Assembly: GCA_964646765.1 (NCBI GenBank)
Contig: CAZYIA010000004.1
Span: forward strand, 77,887 to 141,886
From: an uncultured Candidatus Saccharibacteria bacterium
GTDB lineage: Bacteria > Patescibacteriota > Minisyncoccia > Phycocordibacterales > UBA9973
DNA length: 64,000 nucleotides
Direction of reading: 5' to 3'
Positions within the stretch are counted from its first letter, which is position 1; each line of letters begins with the position of its first letter. The notes below the pieces were generated by a model. The model saw only the letters and a list, made by a program, of their open reading frames with translations, searched no databases and had not been told where the DNA came from. Below are positions 37,002 through 46,237 of the stretch, one piece after another. The position numbers were made by a program, and so were the translations under genes.

Positions 37002-37622
37002 TCAGGCGTTTCCGTCTCCGCGCAGACACCAGGCCGACGTTGTGTCTGCCAGCACGGTGCTGACAAGCCATACGCCGACTTCGGGCCGGATGATCAGGCT
37101 GTCCAGCCCATTCTGGAAAATGGACGCCGCCAGGTCGCCATTGCCGAAGTTGATGTGGACCGCCGGGACGTGGGAGTCATCCACGCCTGGCGTATTGCCG
37201 ACCTCGATTGTGACGCCGATGCCGTTGTCGTCCGTGTGGCCTTCGACAGGCTCGACATCCAGGTAGACCTGACCATTGCTCTGCCGCTGATCGGACATGC
37301 GGAAATTATAGGTGGCGCCGGTCTTCTGGTCGCCGCCGTATTTTTCCGAGTTCCAGTGGGCAGCGGGGACCACGTCATCCGCGGGGGCGCGCTTCGCTTC
37401 GTCAGGCAGACCGCGATGCACCGCATCCCAGTCGATGACGGTGCCCTCCGGCCTTTCCGTGCCGAACACCTTGGCAGGAATGCCGAGCGCGGAGGAAATG
37501 CCGGCTGCAGCCTCGGTGGCAAGATCGGAGCCGGGCATTGCGGCCAGGACCTTCTTCCCGTTGAGGAATAGCGCGGATTCGCCGCTGCGAAGCGCGACGA
37601 GAAGGAGCAAAGGATTTCTCAT
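37002..37622 (-). CDS. secreted protein (signal peptide), hypothetical
   Basis: N-terminus MRNPLLLLVALRSGESA. Confidence 0.5.
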   Translation of the reverse strand: MRNPLLLLVALRSGESALFLNGKKVLAAMPGSDLATEAAAGISSALGIPAKVFGTERPEGTVIDWDAVHRGLPDEAKRAPADDVVPAAHWNSEKYGGDQKTGATYNFRMSDQRQSNGQVYLDVEPVEGHTDDNGIGVTIEVGNTPGVDDSHVPAVHINFGNGDLAASIFQNGLDSLIIRPEVGVWLVSTVLADTTSAWCLRGDGNA

Positions 37623-37630
37623 CTGGCCTC

Positions 37631-37843
37631 CTACGCGCACATGCCGCCGTCCGCCTTGGCGCACTGCATCAGCGCCACGGCGAGTTGCTGGCCGTCGTAA
37701 CCTTCCTGCTCGGCAACGGCCATTTTATCGAAGGGGAGCATCCCGAATCGAACAAGGGTTTTCTCGTTGTCGTCCATCGTGACCCAGAGCGATTGGGCCT
37801 TGGCGACGCACAGTTGTGCGTCCAGCGTTTGTTTTTCGAGCAT
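37631..37843 (-). CDS. small hypothetical protein
   Basis: 70 aa, coupled upstream. Confidence 0.3.
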   Translation of the reverse strand: MLEKQTLDAQLCVAKAQSLWVTMDDNEKTLVRFGMLPFDKMAVAEQEGYDGQQLAVALMQCAKADGGMCA

Positions 37844-37899
37844 CTTGAATCTCCCGCAATAGCCGGCACTCACCTTGAGCGCCTGTCAGCCTTGCGGGA

Positions 37900-38300
37900 G
37901 AGAAAGCGGGTTGCGGAGGCGTGGAAACGCAGAAATGGGTACGCATTGGTGCAGCCAGGAGCGATTGCGGGCGCAGAAACCGGTACGCGGGTGGACGGAT
38001 TTCGCGCAGAAACGGGTACGTCTGGTCTTGCCTGGGGCTGACGCAGAAACCGGTACGCCTGAAACCGAAGTGCGCCTAACGCAGAAACCAGTACGCTGCA
38101 CCCAATCGTGCCCAATCGCGACGTGGGTAACCCTGTGGAAATCGGAAATTATCCACGCAGAAGTCGGTACGCGCAGGGCGCAGAAATTGGTACGCGTGGC
38201 GAAGAAACGGGTACGCGTGCCGAAGAATTGGGTACGGATGGCGCAGAAAGTGGTACGGGAGCAGCCTGAAACCCCCACGGGGCGTGGCGATCCGGCCGAT
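37900..38300. repeat. iteron array: at least 12 direct copies of ~17-bp unit GCGCAGAAAnnGGTACGC at irregular 20-40 bp spacing (putative oriV)
   Basis: Units read directly. Further single copies at ~38385 (inverted), ~39440 and ~40748. Confidence 0.8.
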
Positions 38301-38450
38301 CCCTGTAGTGGTGTTGGGGGTAGTGCTATGTCTATCAAATTGTCGTGACGCATCACCTGTGGACAAGAAACAACCCGTACCCAATTCTGCGTTACAAGCG
38401 CTTCTTTTTTCGCTATGGTCGCGCAAACCCAGCTACCGGAGAGGTTGCAC

Positions 38451-39443
38451 ATGGATTCGGACGACGTGGATGAAAGGGGCAAGGTTCTCGACTTCAAAGC
38501 CAAAGGCAAACGCGACAACCGCTTTCAGCGTCTGTACGAAGAAGCGCTTGCCATCGAGAAGGAGGAGGCGGCCAGGAGCGGCAACCTGGGTTTCATGGCG
38601 AGAAGCCTTGTTCAAGCGACGCTTCCCTACCGAGAGCCCAAGGGATCTCCTCCAGCCTGGGGCCGCACCAACGGCGAAATCTCCCTTGTCATTCAGCCGG
38701 GCTATTACTTCAGAAAAGAAGCGGTCATCAGCAGAGCGGGGAAAAAACTGCGCGACGAGCAGATCCCGGTATCGCTTGGCTATCCCTACGGGTCAAACCC
38801 GCGCTTGATTCTCGCCTGGGTCGCCACCGAAGTTGTTCGGACCAAGAAGAGGGAGCTCGTGCTTGGTGACAGCATGACGGATTTCATGACCCAGATCGGC
38901 ATCCAGAATGCGACTGGTGGAAAGCGTGGAACCATCACGGCGCTGAAAGAGCAGATGCGCCGGCTTTTCGCGGCAAATATCGCCATCACGACCGATCCCA
39001 ATTCGGTGAACTGGGCGAACGACGGCTTCAGGGTGGCCGACAGTTCCAGCTTCTGGTGGGATCCGGTCAATCCGGCGCAGCCGAGCCTTTTTCAGTCGAC
39101 ACTGGTCTTGTCGGAGCGGTTTTACAGCGAGCTGGTCCAACATCCGGTTCCCATCGACTTGCGCGCCGTCCGCGCGCTACGGCAAAGCCCGATGGCATTG
39201 GATGTTTACAGTTGGCTGACGTGGCGCTTCTATGCGTTGTCCCGGCGCACCCAGATTCCATGGGAAGCGCTCCAGATGCAGTTCGGCACCGAAATCAAGA
39301 GCATCCGGAAGTTCAGGCAAACCTTCAATGATGCGTTGAAGCAGGTGTTGACCGTGTACCCGGCCGCCAAGGTTGAGCCAACAACGTCTTCGCTGATCCT
39401 GTTGCCGTCCAACACCAGTATTCCGCGGCTCTCGAAAAATTAA
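38451..39443 (+). CDS. plasmid replication initiator protein (Rep, iteron-binding)
   Basis: Lies immediately downstream of the iteron array. 331 aa. C-terminal LDVYSWLTWRF region typical of RepA-family initiators. Confidence 0.7.
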   Translation: MDSDDVDERGKVLDFKAKGKRDNRFQRLYEEALAIEKEEAARSGNLGFMARSLVQATLPYREPKGSPPAWGRTNGEISLVIQPGYYFRKEAVISRAGKKLRDEQIPVSLGYPYGSNPRLILAWVATEVVRTKKRELVLGDSMTDFMTQIGIQNATGGKRGTITALKEQMRRLFAANIAITTDPNSVNWANDGFRVADSSSFWWDPVNPAQPSLFQSTLVLSERFYSELVQHPVPIDLRAVRALRQSPMALDVYSWLTWRFYALSRRTQIPWEALQMQFGTEIKSIRKFRQTFNDALKQVLTVYPAAKVEPTTSSLILLPSNTSIPRLSKN

Positions 39444-39537
39444 CGCAGAAATCGGTACGCTTCGCGGCTGTTCTGGCCTAATTAAGGTCATGGGAATTCG
39501 TGGTTCGCCTTTGTTTTTTCGTGCGCCAGAAATATGA

Positions 39538-39552
39538 TCTTGCTATAGCAAT
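39538..39552. promoter_or_regulatory. perfect palindrome TTGCTATAGCAA (plus partial repeat CTTGCTGTAG) in the promoter of the xre-RES operon; putative autoregulatory operator
   Basis: Read from sequence, in a local AT-rich patch. Confidence 0.45.
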
Positions 39553-39594
39553 AAATATATCCTATTCTTGCTGTAGACACAGAAGGGGCGGAAC

Positions 39595-39972
39595 ATGGTT
39601 GCTGCGATACAGGCCGGACACAAGCCGGATCCAGGCATCGTACTCGGGAAGGCAGTAACCCGAGCAGCGGATCGACTGGGCTTATCCAAGGCGCTTTTGG
39701 CGAGGATTATCGGCGTCAGCCCTTCGACCGTGACGCGCATCTACGACGGCAAATACCTTTTGGATCAAGGCCGCAAAGAGTGGGACTTCGCCCTCCTGTT
39801 CGTGCGCGTATTTCGGTCCCTCGACTCTATTGTCGGCAACGAAGGAACCGCACAGAAGTGGCTCCGAAGCCAGAACCAGGCACTAAACGGCCGTCCGATC
39901 GAATTGATGACCAATACCGAAGGGTTGGTGCGGGTTGCCCACTATCTGGATGCCTCACGCGGTCTCGTCTGA
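39595..39972 (+). CDS. Xre-family antitoxin (DUF2384-type, partner of RES toxin)
   Basis: HTH GLSKALLARIIGVSPSTVTRI. Overlaps the RES gene. Confidence 0.8.
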   Translation: MVAAIQAGHKPDPGIVLGKAVTRAADRLGLSKALLARIIGVSPSTVTRIYDGKYLLDQGRKEWDFALLFVRVFRSLDSIVGNEGTAQKWLRSQNQALNGRPIELMTNTEGLVRVAHYLDASRGLV

Positions 39973-40645
39973 GGCGTCCCTCTTCCGGGGTGCGATCTGG
40001 CGCATGGTCGAGGCCCAGCACATTGCCTCGACCATGAAGATCGTCGATTCCAAAGACGAGCAAGACATCCTTGAGGGCTTGCTTGAGCGCAGCAAACCTC
40101 CTCTGCCGGCGGGTATCGAAGACCTCGATTACTTGCTGGCGACGCCATTTCGCTATGATCCACGACGCCATGGTTCGCGCTTCCGTGCCAATACCGATCC
40201 CGGCGTCTATTACGGCGCCGAGTCGGTCAGGACGGCGGGGGCAGAACTCGGATACTGGCGTTGGCGATTCCTGAAGGACGCTCTCGAACTCGATCGGGTT
40301 GAGCCCGTGGCCCATACGGCATTCAGCGTTGATATCCGCACAACGGCGATCGACCTCCGCCAGCCACCTTTCAACCAGGACAGGGCGGTGTGGACCCACC
40401 CCGCTGATTATGCAGGCACTCAAGCCTTTGCACGCGTGGTTCGAGAAGCCGGCATAGGTGCGATCATCTATGAGTCGGTAAGGGACCCGGAACCGGCTTG
40501 GTGCGTTGCGCTGCTTCAACCATCCGGCTTTGCGATGAAGCACCCCCATCCCGAGTCACAGACGTGGTGGCTGGCGGTCAACCAGACGGAAGTGATATGG
40601 CGCCGAGATCACGAATCGATGACTTACTCTGCGGAAAATTGGTAG
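39950..40645 (+). CDS. RES-domain toxin (NAD+-targeting)
   Basis: R...E...S context FRYDPRRHGSRFR...GVYYGAESVRTAGAE. Confidence 0.85.
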   Translation: MPHAVSSEASLFRGAIWRMVEAQHIASTMKIVDSKDEQDILEGLLERSKPPLPAGIEDLDYLLATPFRYDPRRHGSRFRANTDPGVYYGAESVRTAGAELGYWRWRFLKDALELDRVEPVAHTAFSVDIRTTAIDLRQPPFNQDRAVWTHPADYAGTQAFARVVREAGIGAIIYESVRDPEPAWCVALLQPSGFAMKHPHPESQTWWLAVNQTEVIWRRDHESMTYSAENW

Positions 40646-40826
40646 CCACGTCAGTTGCGCGAGCGCCGCTCTCGATACCATCCAAAGTCTCCGGCCGCCA
40701 AAATCCGCCTTTACGACTTTATTAGTTGGGAACAGCGGCGCCAGCCTGTGGCGCAGAAATTGGTACGCCCGTGCATTGAAAAACCCCAGGCCGACGATGT
40801 CGCGCGCTGGGGTGGGTGGGGGTACT

Positions 40827-41453
40827 TCAGGATGCCATCCGCATGCCGGGGGCATGGCGGTCAACGATGAGTTGGGCGATCTCCGCGAACGTACTTCCGG
40901 AGTCGGACAGCTTCTCGATGAACTCGGCTTCGGCCGCATCGATGCCGAGCAGCTTCAGGAATGCCTTCGGCAAGGTCGTGTAGCTGCCCAGGATGCCGGC
41001 GACACGAGGCATGTGACGCCAGGTGATCCCGTGACGCTTGCCAATCACGTCGCACGCAACACCCATCGCAGAGAATCCCTTGCGATCGCGTAGACAGTGC
41101 CGCGTTTGCGCGTATTCACCGCCACGAAGGGCGTCGATCCACAGCATGCGGATCGTGTCGATTTGTTGAGGCAGAACTGCGGGATACCATTCCCAGACAG
41201 CGGCCGCTCCAGAAGGGCCGGGGATCTCCTCGACCTTCTTCAGCTCCTCGACCGGGACCGACACAGACACGGATGCCATGAAACGGACAGCGCTGAGGAT
41301 TTCCGCGGTTGCGGTTGCGGGGCGTGGGCCGTGCAGGCGGGTGAACGTGACCGCCGCTGTTTCGGGCGTCCGTGACGTCACGACACCCCATGCACCGTAA
41401 TGGGGGCCGTTGTCGCAGAACCCCCGGTTGACAATCAGGTCTTGAGTTTTCAT
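40827..41453 (-). CDS. hypothetical protein
   Basis: 208 aa. Confidence 0.5.
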   Translation of the reverse strand: MKTQDLIVNRGFCDNGPHYGAWGVVTSRTPETAAVTFTRLHGPRPATATAEILSAVRFMASVSVSVPVEELKKVEEIPGPSGAAAVWEWYPAVLPQQIDTIRMLWIDALRGGEYAQTRHCLRDRKGFSAMGVACDVIGKRHGITWRHMPRVAGILGSYTTLPKAFLKLLGIDAAEAEFIEKLSDSGSTFAEIAQLIVDRHAPGMRMAS

Positions 41454-41593
41454 TCCTGTCTCCTGCAATGGCCGAGGTTCACCATGAACCCCTTCGAAAC
41501 CGTTGCAGGAAGGAAAGTCATTGCGGCATGCCGGAAAACTTATAGCGGCGCTGCTGGCACAATTACCGCGTCGTTCAGCTTCAGGAGCCGCTT

Positions 41594-42355
41594 ATGCAAC
41601 CGTCTGATATTGGGCTTGCCGTGTACCGCCATTTCACCCGTCACGAGAGTGGCGAGTGGATCAAGGGGCAGTTCGTTCTGGCAATTCCGCCAGACACCGA
41701 CCCGACGCTGAATCGTTATGAGCGCACGGACAACGAAACGGACGGGGAGGGCGGGGCAGGGGTTTACCTCTTCGACACGCCCTCTCAGCGCCAGGCGTTC
41801 ATGCAGGGGCTTCTTGCGGCCGGCGATGACATGAGGCAATACGAGATGTACTCGACCAACCTCGGGTGTCCGGCGCTGATCCGCCAGATCACCGCGGTGG
41901 CGCTTGTCCTGGTGTTCGATCTCAGGGGACAAGACGAGATGTTTCAGGAGAAGCCCGCATCCGCGGGCGGTGCCGTTCCTGTCTACCACCGGCAGGCGAA
42001 GCAATATGGGGGCAACGTCGTTGCTTCTCCGGAGTTCATGCTGTCTGTCGCCGATCGCCGGATTGAGCGTGGAGAGGCCGCTATCACGCTTTCCCGCGGT
42101 GAGGATGCCGATCCCTCGAAGGAGCGGATCGATGTGGAGGCCGCACTGGAGACCTATCCGGGTGGCGCGCGCACGGTGCCGTGCCTGTCGATTTCACATG
42201 GCGCCGATCAACAGCGCCTTTTTCGGATCTACGCGCAAGCGAGGCAGGAACACTTGCTGCTGCCTGGGGCGGGTGTGAAGTTCAAGCCGCACCTCCTGCC
42301 AAGCGGGACAATGGGTTTCATCGTCTCACGCGAAGAGCAGAACCAGCACGCTTGA
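41594..42355 (+). CDS. hypothetical protein
   Basis: 253 aa. The AACTTATAGCG motif lies 55 bp upstream. Confidence 0.55.
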   Translation: MQPSDIGLAVYRHFTRHESGEWIKGQFVLAIPPDTDPTLNRYERTDNETDGEGGAGVYLFDTPSQRQAFMQGLLAAGDDMRQYEMYSTNLGCPALIRQITAVALVLVFDLRGQDEMFQEKPASAGGAVPVYHRQAKQYGGNVVASPEFMLSVADRRIERGEAAITLSRGEDADPSKERIDVEAALETYPGGARTVPCLSISHGADQQRLFRIYAQARQEHLLLPGAGVKFKPHLLPSGTMGFIVSREEQNQHA

Positions 42356-42368
42356 GCGGGCGGACGCG

Positions 42369-42881
42369 TTGAGGACGCCGTCCACTGCGGCCTGCGTGCT
42401 GGTTCTTTTGCTGGGCGCGGCATGGTTGCCGGCCGCGGCGAAAGCGGCAGCGCTCAAGGGACAGGTTGTTGCCATTTCCGACGGCGACACGATCACCGTC
42501 CTCGATGCAGACAGGCGACAGCATCGTATTCGTCTTGCTGGAATCGATGCGCCGGAGAAAGGCCAGCCATTCGGGTGGCGATCCAGACAGTCGCTTGCCG
42601 GCATGGTTTTCGGCAAGGCCGTCATAGTGCAATGGGAAAAACGAGACCAATACGATCGCGTCCTTGGTCGTATCAAGGTCGAGGCGACGCAGATGGATGT
42701 CAACCTTGAACAGATCAAGTCTGGCATGGCGTGGCACTATCGGCACTATGCGAAGGACCAGCCGGATGCCGAGCGGACCGCCTATGCTCAGGCCGAGCAG
42801 CAGGCAAGAAAGCAGAACGTCGGATTATGGGCCGACAAGAATCCCGTGCCACCGTGGGAGTGGCGACGGTTGAGGCGCTGA
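42369..42881 (+). CDS. secreted staphylococcal-nuclease-like (SNase/thermonuclease) protein
   Basis: Signal peptide. GDTI...RLAGIDAPE motif. Confidence 0.8.
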   Translation: MRTPSTAACVLVLLLGAAWLPAAAKAAALKGQVVAISDGDTITVLDADRRQHRIRLAGIDAPEKGQPFGWRSRQSLAGMVFGKAVIVQWEKRDQYDRVLGRIKVEATQMDVNLEQIKSGMAWHYRHYAKDQPDAERTAYAQAEQQARKQNVGLWADKNPVPPWEWRRLRR

Positions 42882-42888
42882 ACGAAGT

Positions 42889-43212
42889 TCAACTGCCGTT
42901 TAGCCCGGCAACCGGGCGGTCACAATCGCCGGGCGAGTCGCACCTGGATTTCACGCTATCGCTCGCGCGCTTTCGTTCGCGCGACACGAGTTCCTCGGCG
43001 ACATCCCGGGACAGGATCATCCGCAACACCGCTGCCGACGCCAGATCGTAGCCGCGCATGTCGAGCACGCGGAGCTTCAGTTTGGGTGAGGGCATCTCGC
43101 CCCCAAGAACATCGCCAATATAGGTTGCCGACATGCCGACCTTGGCCGCGAGCTCTCGCTGCGTCCAATTCCGGTCCTGCATCAGCGTCCGAATTTCAGT
43201 AGGCCAGTCCAT
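42889..43212 (-). CDS. XRE-family HTH transcriptional regulator
   Basis: WTQRELAAKVGMSATYIGDV. Confidence 0.7.
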   Translation of the reverse strand: MDWPTEIRTLMQDRNWTQRELAAKVGMSATYIGDVLGGEMPSPKLKLRVLDMRGYDLASAAVLRMILSRDVAEELVSRERKRASDSVKSRCDSPGDCDRPVAGLNGS

Positions 43213-43385
43213 TCGTGCAGAGTCCTTATAACGCCTTGACTTCAACGGGAGTCAAGAATAAGCTTATACTTGATTTGTGAAACAAGCGAAGCATCAGTCT
43301 ACCCTTGTCGTATAGATGATGCTTTTCTTATAGTGGGCTGCGTTGCACAGGGAAACGGACTCTCGAACATCGGACTGCAAAAGGG

Positions 43386-43422
43386 ATAACCCGGATGTCA
43401 CCATCCGGGTTTTTTTCGGCCT
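43386..43422 (+). terminator. rho-independent terminator
   Basis: cccggatg-tcacc-atccggg followed by T7. Confidence 0.45.
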
Positions 43423-43497
43423 GCCCCCCCGCAAACAGGCAAAAACATCGCCCTGGCCAGAAAAACTGGACGCAGGGCGAGGGGGGAGGGAGCCAGG

Positions 43498-43704
43498 CTA
43501 GACGCCCAACTCCTTGCGGACAGCCTGTTTCCGTTGCGGATACGGCAGGCCGCCGGGATGGCGGCAGGTCAGTATTCGCAGGCAGGCCAACCTCGACAGC
43601 ACGGGAACGTCTGGGTCCTTCAGCACGGCGGTCAGCCACGGTGAGGATTGATCGTATGCTGCACGGACCAGAGAGTGGAATTTCCTGATGCGGGGACTCA
43701 ACAT
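43498..43704 (-). CDS. small hypothetical protein
   Basis: Internal Met of the 43498..43890 ORF. Overlaps the upstream gene end by ~6 nt. Confidence 0.35.
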   Translation of the reverse strand: MLSPRIRKFHSLVRAAYDQSSPWLTAVLKDPDVPVLSRLACLRILTCRHPGGLPYPQRKQAVRKELGV

Positions 43705-44291
43705 GCTGCGGCTCCTTTCTCGATAGCGATACGGAGAACAGGGCCGTTGTGCCCGAACGAACGGTAGATCTTCACCAGGCCACGCCGAACCAGCTTCACC
43801 AGGGCAGCCTGGTGCTGGCGGGACATCGTGTCGAAGGCTTTCGCGAATAGCAGGGCGCGACGCACATCCGGCATTGTCTGTCCGTTCCATGCTGCGAGCT
43901 TCTTCAGCGCCTCAATCTCGGCTTTTCCCAGTTGCATGGGCAACCTGGTATCGCAAGCCTTGATCGCCGTGTCGTACTGGGGGTAACCACAGAGTCGTAC
44001 CTCGTGCACGAGACGATCATTGACGAGTTCGCCGGCATGCAAGTGGCGCTCCTCGATCAGGCCAAGACTGAAGGCCGTGGGTGGATCGATCTCCCTGCCA
44101 TTCCGCCCTAAACCGTAGAAAAACCCGGTATCGGACACGGCACAGCGTGGAGAGGACACAAAACCTCCAATGACCCCTTGTCGCATGTAGGTTTCCCCGC
44201 ACGCGTTGTCGGGAACCTGATGCGGCTGACTGACCCACAGGCCTTCGGCAGTCATTTCGCGATAGTGAAAGGTGATTGCGGGTGACGTCAT
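43698..44291 (-). CDS. hypothetical protein
   Basis: Start MTSPAITFHY overlaps the upstream stop. Confidence 0.55.
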   Translation of the reverse strand: MTSPAITFHYREMTAEGLWVSQPHQVPDNACGETYMRQGVIGGFVSSPRCAVSDTGFFYGLGRNGREIDPPTAFSLGLIEERHLHAGELVNDRLVHEVRLCGYPQYDTAIKACDTRLPMQLGKAEIEALKKLAAWNGQTMPDVRRALLFAKAFDTMSRQHQAALVKLVRRGLVKIYRSFGHNGPVLRIAIEKGAAAC

Positions 44292-44836
44292 CACATTTCC
44301 TCCGACCGAACCGGACTGATGTGCCGTGTGCCGCAAGACCCGCAGTCATCGTCGCACATGGCCGACCACTCGTCCAACCACTCGTGACCGCAATTCGGGC
44401 AGACGTAAAAGTTGCGGAAAGTCGTGTTGTCATCTTCAACCAGGTGACGTTTGCCACAGGCCAGGCAACGCTCAATCCAGCGTTCTTCCGCGTCTTTCGG
44501 GCCGACCTGTTCGGTACGAGCGCCGCAATCGACGCAGGTGAACGGTTGATCCGACAGCAGGTAAACCTCATCCGCCTCCCTGGAGTCCGGTGATGTCTCA
44601 TCCTGCGCGTTCTCGACCCAGATCCACGCGAGCACGTAGGCACCGCTACCATCGCCGCCTCGGGATACCACAGTGACATCGTCGATCTCGATTTCACCAT
44701 CCCTGTGATGGGACTTGCGTGCCGCCAGCACGAACGGATCCGTCTGGTCAGCACCGAAGACGGCGATGCAATCGCCAAAAGTGAGTCCCTCTTTCCGCAT
44801 GTGGCGGAGTAGCGAGACAAGGGTGGTTGTTTCCAT
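44291..44836 (-). CDS. Cys-rich (multiple CxxC) hypothetical protein
   Basis: CVDCG...CLACG...CPNCG...CGSCG. Confidence 0.55.
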   Translation of the reverse strand: METTTLVSLLRHMRKEGLTFGDCIAVFGADQTDPFVLAARKSHHRDGEIEIDDVTVVSRGGDGSGAYVLAWIWVENAQDETSPDSREADEVYLLSDQPFTCVDCGARTEQVGPKDAEERWIERCLACGKRHLVEDDNTTFRNFYVCPNCGHEWLDEWSAMCDDDCGSCGTRHISPVRSEEM

Positions 44837-44959
44837 GATTCATCCTCCAACAAAGGCTTTCTCACCATGAGAGCTGGCCTTGTCTTGCTGAAAGAGGTTG
44901 CAGGGGAATGGAAAGAGCCACCGCACTCGTGAAGAGTGAACGGTGGCAAGGGGTAGTGG

Positions 44960-45583
44960 TCATGATGCGGCACTGAGATCACAAATGGCATCCCAGTCGA
45001 ACCAGGTGCACGAGATGACCTCGCAACCCGGATAGGCCGCTTCAGCAAGCTCTGCGGCATGATCGCTGTCGAGCGCATCGCAGTCATAGGCCGTGCGGAA
45101 CTTGTCACCACGATGCTCGTAGAGCATCACCCGGAAGGGCTTGAGCCCGGCCTGCTCGTGACATCGTTGCCGTTGCCTTTCGACGGCTGCACGAAACGGG
45201 ACGACATATTGCTCGCCGATACGCTGAAACGCGGAACCGAGATCGCGCGCTTCCAGTGACGCGCCAAGCGAGGACGCGGTTTCCCATGGGCTTTGGCCAA
45301 ATGGGCCGGGCCATGAGAGATGCTTTACTTCGAGCCAGAATACCTTCAGTTCGTCTTCAGTCGCGCCGGCAGACACCAATGCATCCATCAATACATCCAC
45401 TGGCTTATGCAGGCCGCCAAGCGCGGCATCGGTGAACTTCCGCCACTTGACGAGCACGACTTCCCGGCAGGGGCAGTTGAGTTGTGTTTCCATGTTGCTC
45501 TCCTCATCGTCTTCAAGGGCCTTCACCACGAAGGTTTGCCTTGTATGGAAAGCAAGCGGTTGCCTGATGCACGAAAAAACCAC
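44960..45583 (-). CDS. hypothetical protein, member of AYPGC-motif paralog family
   Basis: Shares ELAEAAYPGCEVISCT with 46238..47230. Confidence 0.55.
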   Translation of the reverse strand: MVFSCIRQPLAFHTRQTFVVKALEDDEESNMETQLNCPCREVVLVKWRKFTDAALGGLHKPVDVLMDALVSAGATEDELKVFWLEVKHLSWPGPFGQSPWETASSLGASLEARDLGSAFQRIGEQYVVPFRAAVERQRQRCHEQAGLKPFRVMLYEHRGDKFRTAYDCDALDSDHAAELAEAAYPGCEVISCTWFDWDAICDLSAAS

Positions 45584-45613
45584 CGTGAATCGTTTGATTC
45601 AACGGTGGTTGGG
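45570..45613 (-). terminator. rho-independent terminator (AAAAAACCACCGTGAATCGTTTGATTCAACGGTGGTTGGGGG, minus-strand sense)
   Basis: Long stem. Reads stem plus T6 on the minus strand. Confidence 0.6.
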
Positions 45614-45615
45614 GG

Positions 45616-46119
45616 TTAGCCGTAACGCACGGCGAAAGCGTCGGCCATGTCGGCCACAATCAGGTCCTCGATCTGATCACCGGCATAGAGACTTCCATTG
45701 GCCCAGCACAGGTCGTCATCAGGTGTCGGACCGGGCTTCGCAGCGATGGCGTCAAGCAATGCATCCAGGCTCACGGCGCGTGTTTCAAGAACTGGCGCGT
45801 CGTCACCCACATGCATCTCCAGCCAGAACTGATCCTGGCACAACCGAACAGCGCTTTGCGCCGGCGCCCAGCATTCTTCACCGGCTTGCCAATAAGGTGA
45901 GGCGTCGGTATCCACCGTCAACACTTGGGTCGGGAGGTCCCGGCCGAACAGGGAAGTCTGTTCGGACAAACGCTTGTGCGCTGCCAAGCGCTCGATCAAC
46001 TCCGGAGTGACATGCACCACGGCGAAACCGGGCACCTGGGTGTGTGGCACAAGCGCCTCCACGACAAGACGTACAGATTGCTCATTCATTACGTGCTCCT
46101 TGGCAAGGCAGCCTTCCAC
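45616..46119 (-). CDS. hypothetical protein, paralogous to C-terminal third of 46238..47230
   Basis: DDLCWANGSLYAGDQIEDLIVADMAD aligns with DEYFRWVDGTLYYAADPAAIVGLVDMSSD. Confidence 0.55.
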   Translation of the reverse strand: MEGCLAKEHVMNEQSVRLVVEALVPHTQVPGFAVVHVTPELIERLAAHKRLSEQTSLFGRDLPTQVLTVDTDASPYWQAGEECWAPAQSAVRLCQDQFWLEMHVGDDAPVLETRAVSLDALLDAIAAKPGPTPDDDLCWANGSLYAGDQIEDLIVADMADAFAVRYG

Positions 46120-46187
46120 TGTGGAAGGGCATCACTCCTTGCCTATGAGCAAGAGGTTGCGTGCGAGCCGAAATCGGAACCGTGGAC

Positions 46188-46237
46188 CAAAAAAACCACC
46201 GTGAATCATTCGATTCAGCGGTGGTTGGGGGGGCGAC
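46188..46237 (-). terminator. rho-independent terminator (same family as 45570-45613)
   Basis: AAAAAAACCACCGTGAATCATTCGATTCAGCGGTGGTTGGGGGGG. Confidence 0.6.

Noticed and set aside
37900-38300. Possible CRISPR array (regular short repeats)
   Set aside because: Units are ~17 bp with irregular 3-25 bp spacing, some overlapping. They sit directly upstream of a Rep gene and there are no cas genes. This is an iteron origin, not CRISPR.
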